Below are positions 1 through 49,305 of a stretch of DNA of 64,000 nt, piece by piece. Within the stretch, counting starts at the first letter, position 1. Each line of letters opens with the position of its first letter. The stretch is from Malacoraja senta (taxonomy: Eukaryota), in assembly GCA_038087875.1 (NCBI GenBank), contig CM075989.1, positions 17,486,001 to 17,550,000 on the forward strand. Direction: 5' to 3'. Below the pieces are notes generated by a model. It saw only the letters and a program-made list of their open reading frames with translations. It did no database searches and had not been told where the DNA came from. The translations under genes and the position numbers were made by a program.

Positions 1-895
1 ATAAAACAAATGGAACATTACACCAGCATCATTTTGTGGGAACAGCTACACCTTAAATTTATGGAATGGTAATAGCACACGGTTGCAGATAACCTTGAGC
101 ACATGGGGATATCTTGGGTATTAAGCCCACTATCGGCTTTGATAATGACGTGTACTCCTCCCTTTACTGAATCAACTGCGTTACATAAACGCGCTTCCTT
201 TGACGGGATCAAAGGTTTACGGTTATACCACCCACACCCTCCCCGTCACTTCAGTTCCAGGGTCTGTAACACTCTCCCTCCAATTAATCAAAAGCTGGAC
301 ATTTGGGAATGCTTTGAAAAATCATCAACTCAAATGCTGGCGGCTGGGAATTGATCAGGTGTTGATCCTGCCAGGCAGAAGCTCGGCCCAGGATCATCGT
401 AAGGAAAGGGTCTCGGAGGGATTAACGGAGGCAGCAATATCACACATCACATTGCTATTTTCTCCCTGTGATGGGATTTCATTTACAAGCACTACCTACA
501 TAGCTTTGGACAATCGATAAACAAAATGCTGCAAATCCGAAATAAAGACAGAAAATGCTGGAAATACTCAGCAGGTCCAGGATGCGTCTACTGAAGGAAA
601 AACTGAATTGGAGGTCAATGACTTTTGATCAGAACATCAAGAAGCATACAATTTCACTCTGTTTCATGCGCACTCCCCCACCTGTTGAGTATCTCCAGTT
701 TTTATTTGAATCTTCAAGATTAACAAGCATTTTAAATTGACTTAAAACATTGGGAGCAATTTTAACCCAACCAGCAAGAATGAGTTACCCACTCTACATC
801 CTGTCATGTATTTTTGCACAATCCAACCTTGCCTCGTCCCTTTGGGGCGGTGAAGATTAAAAAAACTCCCCCCCTCAACCCCCTGTCTATTACTG

Positions 896-901
896 TTTAT
901 T
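896..901 (-). terminator. Candidate distal polyadenylation signal (AATAAA) for IGDCC3; alternative at 1978-1983
   Basis: Plus-strand TTTATT. I saw no canonical AATAAA closer to the stop than 1978-1983. Unconfirmed. Confidence 0.3.
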
Positions 902-3900
902 GTCTGCATGCAACATTATACACACTTAAACAAAATAATCAGACTCCAGGTGCTAGTTCAACATGAACACAGCCTGTGAGCCTTCATGTAGAAACAAGAA
1001 ACTGCAGATGCTGGTTAATACACCAAAGGACACAAAGTGTTGGAGTAACTCAGCAGGTCAGGCAGCATCTCCGAAGAACATGTCTGAAGACTAATCTTGA
1101 CCCAAAACATCACCTATCCATGTTCTCCAGAGATGCTTCCCGACTGACCTACTGAGTTACTCCAGCATTTTGTGTCCTTCCATTGCCTTTATGACAGGAA
1201 TTATAGAAATTAGTAGGCCCCCCTCGGTCATGATTGACCATGGGTGATGCATCCTGGTCGGATGCAAGCCTGGGCGATGTCATGTGGAGGACAATTATAG
1301 AAATACATGTCACAAAAGGCCATTCATCCCAATGTGTCCACACTGGTGTAAGCAAACAAAAAATAACTAATAGACTCAGGGAATTAGATCCCAGTTTTTC
1401 CATGGAAAATGCAATAGTGTCACATGCAACAAAGACCCTTATCACTGAGATTATTTGTAACAGTATTATCCACACAGTTATCTTCAATATAGGTATATCA
1501 GACCCTAACAATATGTAGACATTTGTGTTTTAAAAATAATATATTAACTAATAAATCTAAATCTAAATATGCTCAGAAACCCCAGCAAACGTGGTATAAT
1601 ACTGAAAATAAGTCACGACAATAACAGAAAAAAAACCTGTGCATTTCTCAAAAAAAATCTTACCAAGATAAACACAAAGCTTTACTGCAGCTGTAACAGA
1701 CAGTAATCAATGTAAAAAAAATCGTATAATAAAACATTTTTTTCCCTTTATACTGAAAAACGCAAACACTGCGGTTTCACAAAAACCCGGTTTCCTGATT
1801 GATCTGCAGGTTGTGGTAGTAAGAGACAAAACTTACACCACTGCTGAGTTGGATCCCTGTGTGTGTTGTCCCTCTCACTATTTGGAAGCAGTCATTCCCA
1901 GGTGACCAAGGAACACACAATCTACTCCTGGGCCAATTTAATGCAGAGACAATTTCTGGCTTCAGACGGAAGGAAAATTTATTGGGAGTGTTTTATACAA
2001 AAAAATATTGCTCCCAAACATATCATTCATTTTCCATTCACTATATTGAATGACAAAGTTGGCGTAGTTCAGCCCAAGATGAGAATTCTTAGGCATGCCA
2101 TCAGCTGAATGAAACTTTCTTAAATGCATTTAATTCTGGCTATATAGTTACATTTCCAATCCCTTCAACATCCTGAAGTCTGGCGGGCAGATCGCAAGCT
2201 CACCACCAAACAGAAAGAAAACTTGTTCAGCATTTTTTTGTCAGCAAGAGAGCCACAGACTTGCAAATAAATACTTCAGACTAACAGTACGAAAATACCC
2301 TGTCTTCGCAAAACTACTCTGCATTGAACAACTAAAGCAAATAATGATGCATCCCTGAGATAGCCATAACCCCAAGTATATTCTCCAGTAATGTTAAAGC
2401 AAATACCAGCCCCATGTCAGAGCATGTCCCACACTGTTTGATGAGTATGGGTGAGGAACGCAGTGTGTCTAAGTGTTAGGATGGAACCAACAGTGTACCA
2501 ACTCTTCCCACACTCCATCACACCTGTGACTTCCATTCATTTGTGACCATTGTTATATTTTGTCCCTTGTACTTGTGACATTTTTACAGTTGCGTTTGTG
2601 GCGATAGGTACTTGTCATATTGTTCAGGGCATACTCCTCTCATCTTGCAGTGTAGGGGCCGATTTAGTTTAGTTTAGAGTTATAGGTTATGCATCTGAGT
2701 GATATAGAGTCGAAAGGAACTACAGATGCTGCTATACAGTGAAGATAGACACAGAATGCTGGAGTAACTCAGCAGGTCAGGCAGCATCTCTGGAGAAAAG
2801 GAATAGGTGACATTTCGGGTTCTCTGAAGAAGGTTCTCGACCCGAAATGTCACCTATTCCTTTTCTCCAGAGATGCTGCCTGACCCGCTGAGTTACTCCA
2901 TCATTTTGTAACTATCTTGAGTGATATAGAAATACCCTGGGCGCACAAATACCTAGTGACCATTTCCATCAAGCTTCTGTCAATGAAAGGTTTGGATAGG
3001 TGGCATTGGTGGAATATTTCCACTCTGGGGATCAGTACAGAGAATCATCAGGATGAACTTCCTCACAATTTTGCAACACTGAGCGAGAACCTTCCAGACA
3101 AGGCCAGTTGCTTAATAAAACTTTCAATGCAAGATTCAAAGGGACAGCCTTAAAAATTTGGATGATGGACAGCATTTGACAACTTCTCCCTGATCGTGTG
3201 GGTCCACCACCAATTTTTCAGCAACTTGTGGTCCACTGCCTCCTTTAATCCAGACAAAATCATGAAAGCACACTTGAAATCCCCATCCCCATCCCCCCTC
3301 CCTCCGGAAGTACCCCCAAAAAATGTGGCCCCTAGGCCGGGTGAGGCAGCCGATCTCAACCTCATTGGGACTTCCGCGGCCGATTGGCAGGTTGAATTCG
3401 ATGCCGGCAGATCTATTCCCATAGCCGACCTCTGAGGCTGACTTTGCGGGCGGGTCTCAGCCCATCAGCAGCCTAGGCTGACCTTTCTTGTACCGTTGAA
3501 CTCCACTCGGAGGCCATGACCTCTGTTGGTCCGGCAAAATGGATAATCCAGATAGGTTCCAGAACCAAAGGTGCTGGAAAATTGGTGATGGATTTGTACT
3601 ACAGCAGAGTAAGTGCGGCATAGAAATATGATTGCATGTGTGAGTGAAAAGTTCCAGGATAATTGTACCCATTGGGAAATTGTCCCTAGCAAGTCCCTGC
3701 GTGATTTATCTTAGTAAATGACACTTGCCTGAAATTAATTATATGCCCTATGATGTCTTTGGCTGCATGGTCCAAATCCCCTGCACTGCAGAGCCTTGGG
3801 TGGAAACATACAGCATTGACTGTCCACTCAAAGTAGGTGCAGATAGCGCAGAGAAACAGCAATGAGGCAAGTCGGATGTGTGACACTGATCACACAGTAT

Positions 3901-4109
3901 CTGCCGAGTCTGTGGTTGGCATCATGAGAATGATCCTGTGGTGCCCCCTTCACCGGTGTTCAACTTAATGCCTCCACTTGGCAGCGTCTCAGGAACATTC
4001 AGACTTGGGATCTGAGCAGGCCAAGTGATCACATGATACATACCTGTTCGTGGTTGGCATCCATCACATGATCACTTCCACCCACCCATCCCATGTTTGC
4101 CTCCTCGCG

Positions 4110-4402
4110 AATGGCACAGTGGCGCTGCAGTAGAGTTGCTGCCTGACAGCGCCAAAAACACGGGTTCGATCCTGACTAAGGGTGCTGTCTGTATGGAGTT
4201 TCTACGTTCTCCCCGTGACCTCGTGGGCTTTCTCTGGGTGCTCCGGTTTCCTCCCACACTCCAAAAACGTACAGGTTTGAGGGTTAATTGGCTTCTGTAA
4301 ATTGTAAATTGTCCCTAGTGAGTAGGATGGTGATAGTGTATGAGGTCGGCATGGACTCGGTGGGCCAAAGGGCCCGTTTTCACGCTGTATCTCTAAAGTC
4401 TA
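4110..4402 (+). mobile_element. tRNA-derived V-SINE (HE1-like), inside the putative 3' UTR
   Basis: Pol III A/B-box head (gtggcgctgcagtag...gggttcgatcc), core GCTCCGGTTTCCTCCCACACTCCAAA, CR1-like tail gggccaaagggccc. Confidence 0.88.
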
Positions 4403-5869
4403 ATGTTCTCCATGACATCTTCTACACAAATCCCAAGGGCAGGAGTTCTTTAGGGTCTAGCTGACCTCAACATTGGGCACTTCAATGGCACAACTGCTGT
4501 GTGCTGTGCACAAGGGATGCACTGGGAATGTCACATGGCTGCTTCAGTACCTAACTCTGGGTGTTCACAAGCCCAAAGCCCAGTCAGCGCTGGTGTTAAC
4601 CAAAAAAGGTGAAATCCAATGCCTGGGTGAGTTTTTTTTGTCACCTCAAATAGATCATAAAAATTTTACAAACCTAAATATGGTTGCAAGTGGAGTCTAG
4701 GGAGAACATTAAAGCCTAACGTTGATTTGTGTTGGTACATGCAGGACGGATTTGGATGATAACACTGAGTTAGGTAACTGTAACTGACTGCAGCCTGCAA
4801 GCATAAGGGTCCACTGAAAAAAAAATATTTCCACTTAACCCAAGTAAATAACTGCTCGCGGAGTGGTCACAGCTATCTGGATATTGCTAACACCCACTTG
4901 CACCGTATAGACTAATGTTACCCAGACTGAGCACAGACTAATGCATGAGAAGCACTCGGCCACGCAGATGAACAATAAAACTGTAAAATGCACAAAACGC
5001 CAGTAAGGTCTCTAATTCCGACTGAAACACTGCAGGTTTTTTTCCAGGCATGTCAACTTGGAGGTCAACTAGTCTAAGCCCCCAGCTTGCCTTAGGCAAG
5101 AGTTTCTTGTTGTAACACTTGACTTTACGTCCATGATTTACGCTGTTCTTTGCCTCCAGAGGAACTACTGCTGACATAGTTCCCCCCGCCCTGGTCAGGT
5201 CGTCCTGTGTGAGATTCTGCCTCAACAGGCATGGTGCAGTGTCGTGGCTGCTCGCACCTCATGCCTTAGTGGTGACTGGCTGGCGTCAATGCCTCTCCTC
5301 CACACAAAGAGAGGTCACCTAAAGGCTGAAGGCAAGTACGTGATGTCAGCAGTGAACCTCCCTTTGCAAAAAGGCTCGCTGATTCTTTTGAATGTTATTG
5401 AAATGCTGGGAGGTCTGTGAGGAGCCGGGACGGGAATGCTGGGTTCAACACTGGCTACATTGTTGTCCTTCTGTTTACAATGAGCTCGGATCTAACTGAG
5501 GCGTGCGAACAGGGGGTGGCTGCTCTGATCAGCAAAGTGCCGGCCACTCAATGGGCAGCCAGCACCCCTTCCTTCTTCGTTTCTCTTCGAAAGCTTGTCT
5601 TTGGTGATGTCCTTCTGCAGAAGAACCACAAACGGAACAATTCTCCGACGACCAATACAACCAACACCATCGCGGCGTGAAAAGTAATAACAACAAAAAA
5701 AAAACACATAAAGACGTGACTATTATATACAGCGTAAGGTACAAAATAAAAATGCAGTGACCATTGATTCCATGCCTTGTCCTGAAGCAAGCTGGAAGTT
5801 TGGTTAAATCATCACATATAATAATGGAGGGAAACAGTCCCACAACACAGAACGGAGTTCTATAAAACT

Positions 5870-6064
5870 TGAGGTAGAATGTTTCTCTTTATATTTGGAA
5901 GTGCTTTTTCTTTCTCTTTCGGGCGTTTCCCGGCTCTCTATGGCAGACGAGCAAGGTCTTGAGGTAGCACTGCATCTGAACTGATCAAGTGCTCTTCTAC
6001 TTGTAGAAAGGAAGATACCAAATGGAACAACTTCCTTAGAACACATTCAATACGGTTGAGGTAG
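5870..6064 (-). promoter_or_regulatory. Cluster of three let-7 8mer target sites (CTACCTCA) in the IGDCC3 3' UTR
   Basis: Plus-strand TGAGGTAG at 5870-5877, 5960-5967 and 6057-6064, 540-735 nt past the stop codon. Confidence 0.8.
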
Positions 6065-6604
6065 TTTATAATCAACAAACTTTTCTTTGCGTTGTTTCTC
6101 CAAGTCTTATTACCAGCCTGCGTTAGGCCCCACCAGTCACTTTTGTTAGGAATCCGGTGCTGAATCTAATGAAGCTTTTGTGACTGGAGGTTGATACACT
6201 GAGAAAAAATCCATCAAATCCCTGCACGGACTGCTGAGTCCTTGCTCAAGTGAAGGAGGTGGTCTTCTGGCTTCAAAGCAATGGTTTCACCACAGAGCAC
6301 AGGACCAGCAGGCAAAATATAAGATGAATGTTCGCAAATGGTGAGGGTCTAGTGGCCGCAGGCCTGGGAATGTATCCTTGGAAGGGTCGGAGATAAACTG
6401 CACCCATGTACCTTCATTACAACATGCCTGAGTTTGTGAGGATACAAACAGAGCTGGCAGTCACCAAAGCCCAGAAGAATTAGAGCTGACCTGAGACTGA
6501 CGGCTCTACAAAGATGCCGTCAGAGGAGAAATCGATAAATATGACTGTGTCCGTTTCAGCGTGAGCCTACTGGGAGGCACTGAGACCTGGCCTCACTCAA
6601 AGTT

Positions 6605-44476
<37,872 letters not shown>

Positions 44477-44654
44477 TCAGATAGTCAGAAGAAGGGTCTC
44501 GACCTGAAAGGGTCATCTATTCCTTTTCTCCAAAGATGCTGCCTGACCCGCTGAGTCACTCCAGCATTTTGTGTCGATCTTCGGTGTAAACCAGCATCTG
44601 CAGTTACTTCCTGCAAGGATTATATTTCGACAGGACTCAGTCACTGCTGCACCT

Positions 44655-44985
44655 TTTAGTTCAGTTAAGGTTAGATTAATTTAATTTAGTTTAGAGATAC
44701 AGGATGGAAACAGTGCCTTCGGCCCACCGGGCCTACACCGACCATCAATCAGCCGTACACCGGTTTTGCATCCGGTACACTCAGGGCAATTTACAGAAGC
44801 CAATTAACCTACAAACCTGCACATCTTTGGAATGTGGGTGAAATCAGAAGCACCTGGTGAAAACCCACGCAGTAGCACAGGGAGAACGTGAGAACTCCAA
44901 ACAGGCAGCAGCCATGGTCAGGATCAAACCCAGGTCTCTGGCGCTGTGAGGCAGCAGGACTACCAGCTGCGCCACCGTGCCGCCC
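44655..44985 (-). mobile_element. V-SINE (HE1-like)
   Basis: Full-length reverse copy. Confidence 0.82.
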
Positions 44986-45469
44986 TTGGGGACCCTGAAG
45001 ATGGTGCAAAGGGGCATTATACTGTACGTGAACCCTCTGAGGTCCCACCATTGCCCGTGGAATCCCACTGCACCGTTTGGCCACACGTCTCCAGTCAATA
45101 ATCAAGAACAATCTTTCCAGCTGACGATATCATTTACATTGCACGTTCTGGAAAGGTTAGAGAATAGTGAGTGGATTTTACGATATCCGTAAAACGTCCT
45201 CCTGTTCCGGTGGGAAATAACACAAACCAGATAACAGCTCACTGCAAAACAGCTGCAGTCCACGGATTCACACCAGGCAAACTGAAAGGCAATATTGCAT
45301 ATTAAATAATAATGCTTAGGATTTATGGAGCGATCTTATTAAAGTTCCACAGCAAATACAAATGACAGCAGGTTACTCATGGGGATCATGGCAGGGCCAT
45401 AAATCATTGGGAAATCATAATCCAAGATGTAATGCGATATTCAGCGACAAAGGTATACATATGAATATT

Positions 45470-45694
45470 AGACACAAAATGCTGGAGTGACTCAGCGGTA
45501 CGGACAGCATCTCTGGAGAAAAGGAATGGGTGACGTTTCGGGTCGAGAACCTTCTTTAGTCTGAAGAAGGGTCTTGACCCGAAACGTCACCCATTCCTTC
45601 TCTCCAGAGATGCTGCCCGTACCGCTGAGTTACTCCAGTATTTTGTGTCTACCTTCGATTTAAACCAGCATCTGCAGTTCTTTCCTACATACAG
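45470..45694. mobile_element. Palindromic Penelope-derived element with hammerhead-like core (representative of many copies, e.g. ~990, 2712, 11897, 13740, 24529, 32875, 43965, 47865, 49923)
   Basis: ~90-nt inverted arms (GACACAAAATGCTGGAGT.ACTCAGCGG...); CTGAAGA-A-GGGTC-tt-GACCC-GAAAC-GTC at 45561-45588; flanking direct repeat TATGAATATT. Confidence 0.75.
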
Positions 45695-46043
45695 TATGAA
45701 TATTGCTCACTTCACTGTTCTGTTCTATGCCGAACTCAGTATAATATTGATACACATAATTTTGATCACTATACCATAATATTGTACACAATACTCTCAC
45801 ACTAACCTATTCTGTTATATATTGAACTACTCATAACAAGACAGATGTATCTTACATTGATCATCATAAGGATGTATTGTAGCCCAGATCGACAATCATA
45901 CCACACTCACTGTTCTATATAATGCCTCACCCTACACCTCATTGTTCACCTTAGTGTGAGCAAGTGTGAGCTGTTGCACTTTGGGTGGTTGAATGTAAGA
46001 GGAGGGTAAATGGTTGATGGAAAGAACCTCAACAGCATTGAGT

Positions 46044-46071
46044 CTGAAGAAGGGTCTCGACCCGAAACGTC
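46044..46071 (+). ncRNA. Minimal type I hammerhead-ribozyme-like motif (Penelope-associated)
   Basis: CTGAAGA-A-GGGTC-TC-GACCC-GAA-ACGT-C: both conserved core boxes, 5-bp helix II, palindromic ACGT helix III, GUC triplet; helix I weak. Confidence 0.55.
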
Positions 46072-46431
46072 ACCTATTCCTTCGCTCCATAGATGCTGCC
46101 TCACCCGCTGAGTTTCTCCAGCATTTTTGTCTACCTTCGATTTTTCCAGCCTCTGCAGTTCTTTCTTAAACAACTCAACAGCATTGATGTGCAGAAGGAT
46201 GTTTCCATAGCTTCCTGAAAGTGGCAACAGAGTAGATAGAGTGGTAAAGAAGGCGTATGGTATGCTTGCCTTCATAGGCGGGGCATTGAGAAAAAGAGTT
46301 AGGAAGTCATGATGCAGCTTTATAAGACTTTGGTTCGACTGCATTTGGAGCATTGCATGTCGTACTGGTTGCCCCATTACAGGAAACATGCGGAGGCTTT
46401 GTCGAAGGTACAGAAGAGGTTTACTTGAATG

Positions 46432-46685
46432 CACTTCCTATTCCGCTTGGGCAACACAACCTAACTGTATGAACATTGAATTCTCCAATTTCAGGTAACA
46501 AAACTGTAAACAACACCCCCCCCCCTCCCCTTTTCCCCTATCTTTTCCCTGTTTCCCACCCGGATTTACACCCATTTCTCCCCTTTCCCTGCCCCCCTTC
46601 CCCCTATTCCTTCATCTGGCTTCACATTTATCATCTCTTTGATCCTTACCTCACTCTTTTAGTATCTTCATCTCTGGCCTTGACT
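46432..46685 (+). mobile_element. Penelope-like element 3' fragment (end of ORF plus pyrimidine-rich 3' region)
   Basis: Frameshifted HFLFRLG.../QPNCMNIEFSNFR* (stop 46496-46498) resembles the recalled C-terminus of PLE GIY-YIG ORFs. Confidence 0.6.
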
Positions 46686-47187
46686 AGAGTGCATAGCTCT
46701 ACAGTGAGAAGGGCAACGTTTAAATAAAGGAAATGTGCGAGGCAACTTTTCTACCCAGAGAGTGGGGGTGCCCAAAACGTGCCTCCAGGGGTTTTGGTGA
46801 GGCAGATAGTATAGAGGCATTTAAGAAGCTTTTAGATAGGAACATGGATATGCAGGAAATAGAGGGATGTGGATCACATGCAAGCAGAGGAGATTAGCTT
46901 AACTTAGCATCATGTTGGGCACAGACTAAATGGGCCAAATGGTCTGTTTCTGTGCTGTACTATTCCATGCTCTATTATTATCTTTTCTTTTTTGTTCTTT
47001 TTTTCTTAATAGCTTGATTGGAGTAGTTTTATTTGAATTGTCTGTTTAGTTTATTTTATTGAATTTTGCATTTGTTAATGGTGAAGAATGGGGGTAGGAC
47101 TTGACAAGCAGAGGCTTCTTCCTATCCCTTTTCAAACGAGTCTAATGTGTATTATGTTGAAATTGGCTTTTGATTTTTTAATTTATC

Positions 47188-47565
47188 ATAATAATAATAA
47201 TAATAATAGATTTTATTTATATAGCGCTTTTCAGGACTCAAAGTCGCTTTACATTGAGAGTCAGGAATAAACAAAACAAAATAGAGCAGTAAGACAAAGG
47301 GGAGGGGAACATGGGACTAAGGGTATGCAGAGGTGAAGAGATGGGTCTTGAGGTGAGACTGGAAGATGGTGAGGGACTCAGAATTTCGGACCGGTTGTGG
47401 GAGGGAATTCCAGAGCCTGGGAGCTGCCCTGGAGAAGGCTCTGCCTCCAAAAGTGCAGAGGTTTGCTTTCGGAGTGGAGAGGAGACCAGCTGATGTGGAT
47501 CTGAGGGACCGTGAGGGTTGGTAGGGGGAGAGGAGGTCAATGAGATAAGGGGGGGGCCAGGTTGT
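47188..47565 (-). mobile_element. L2-clade LINE 3' end
   Basis: ORF 47317-47592 contains PPYLIDLL.PYQPSRSLRS...GGRAFSRAAPRLWNSLP...LKTHLF; (ATT)n tail. Confidence 0.88.
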
Positions 47566-47569
47566 TGAG

Positions 47570-47725
47570 TTTATGTATTTATGTATGTACATAATTTATG
47601 TATGTACATATATGTTATGTATATGTGTATGTGTGTATATGTGTAAATGTATGTATGTATATATGTACATGTATATGTATGTATGTGTGTATGTATTTAT
47701 GTATATATATATGTATATATATATA
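47570..47725. repeat. (TA/TG)n compound microsatellite
   Basis: Direct inspection. Confidence 0.9.
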
Positions 47726-48982
47726 ATTTTCCTTTATTTATTATTCATTTTCATCTTTTCTTTTCTTCTTTTTTTAATCGTTCGAAATAAAAAGATATCA
47801 AATCAAATCAAATCAAACTGCTGTGCTCACTATAGGACACACCAGGCCTCTTACAGTAATGGAAGATAGACACAAAATGCCGGAGTAACTCAGCGGGACA
47901 GGCAGCATCTCTGGAGAGAAGGAATGGGTGACGTTTCGGGTCGAGACCCTTCTTCAGCTCGGCCCGAAAGGTCACCCATTCCTTCTCTCCAGAGATACTG
48001 CCTGTTCCGTTGAGTTACTCCAGCATCTTGTGTCCATCTTTGATTTAAACCAGCATCTGCAGTTCTTTCCTACTCTTACAGCAATGCTCTATTGTACAAC
48101 ATATTGCTCCCTGTACAACTGTGTAATCCACTATACTGCTCTTATTAATGTTTTATTGCACACCATAATGGCCATTATAATACTCTATATTGTACTGTCA
48201 GGTTCTGACATACAAACTATCCAATGTACAATGTACTGAAGCTGATTGAGCATATGAATCACTGTCACAACTGCCTTATGTGAGATTAGTAGATTTACTA
48301 TCCTGCTAATCCCATGGTAACTTGTACCAGTAAAAAAATATTGTTAAATTACTCTGTGCTGGGACATGCAATAATTGTGAATGTTGACACCGGCCCCTAG
48401 ACACATAATAATTGGCTAAGATTAACCATGTCCCGGTACATCCTGCAAGTGGGAATGTTTAAATCTGAACTGGGCTATTAAGTGATTTAACTCTTTCTTG
48501 GGACAAAGAACATTCCAGAGGTTCAACCCCCACTCCCTCATCTTTAATACCGACCTATGACCAGGACACCTCACACGGCCCTCCTCTCTTCAATGACTTC
48601 TGTTTTCCAGGCCCCCACTCCCTCATCTTTACTATGTCTCATTGTCACCTTCCTCTCAGCCAACAATGAACCATTCTACATATCCTTGATCTATCGTTTT
48701 CGCACCTTATCCTTCCATATTGCTAGTCTCTCACTCCCCTGACTCACTCTGAAGAAGGGTCTTGACCTGAAACGTCACCCATTCCTTCCCTCCATAGACG
48801 ATGCCTGTCCCGCTGAGTTACTCCAGCAATGTTGTGTCCATCTTCAGTGTAAACCAACATCTGCATTTCCTTTCTACACATTCCACAGGTTTAATTCTGT
48901 CTAAAGATATAAAGTGATTGGGAATGTTTTACATAGTCCTGGGATTTGCAGTAATTTGGAATGTTTAACACTAACTGTCTTG

Positions 48983-49305
48983 GGGCGACATGGTGGCGCA
49001 GAGGTAGAGCTGCTGCCTCACAGCGCCAGAGACCCAGGTTCGATCCTGACTACGGGTGCTGTCTGTGCAGAGTTTGTACGTTCTCCTTGTGATCGGGTGG
49101 ATTTTCTCCGGGTGCTCCAGTTTCCTCCCACACTCCAAAGAAGTGTAGGTTTATAGGTTAATTGGCTAGTGTAAATAATACTAGTGTTCAGGATGCAAAA
49201 GTGGGATAACGTGGAACTAGTGTATAGGTAATCGATGGTTGGCGTGGACTTGGTGGGCCGAAGGGCCTGTTTCCACACTGTATCTCTAAACACTAAACAC
49301 TAAAG
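48983..49305 (+). mobile_element. V-SINE (HE1-like)
   Basis: ggtggcgcagaggtagag head, core, tail ctctaaacactaaacactaaa. Confidence 0.87.

Larger units (their letters stand above)
45950..46970 (+). mobile_element. CR1 fragments interrupted by Penelope-derived insertions
   Basis: CR1 RT-like sequence at ~45950-46430 and ~46685-46970, split by elements at 46042-46173 and ~46432-46685. Confidence 0.75.

Noticed and set aside
5417..5843. Overlapping short ORFs with a hydrophobic stretch (AAMVLVVLVVGELF)
   Set aside because: They lie in the inferred 3' UTR, with no convincing splice context or recognisable homology.
6057..6080. let-7 miRNA gene (TGAGGTAGT on the plus strand)
   Set aside because: The match stops after 9 nt and no precursor hairpin is evident; better explained as a target site on the minus-strand mRNA.
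48983..49060. tRNA genes at GGTGGCGCAG...GGTTCGATCC motifs
   Set aside because: These are tRNA-derived SINE heads that continue into the V-SINE core and LINE-like tail; no complete cloverleaf.
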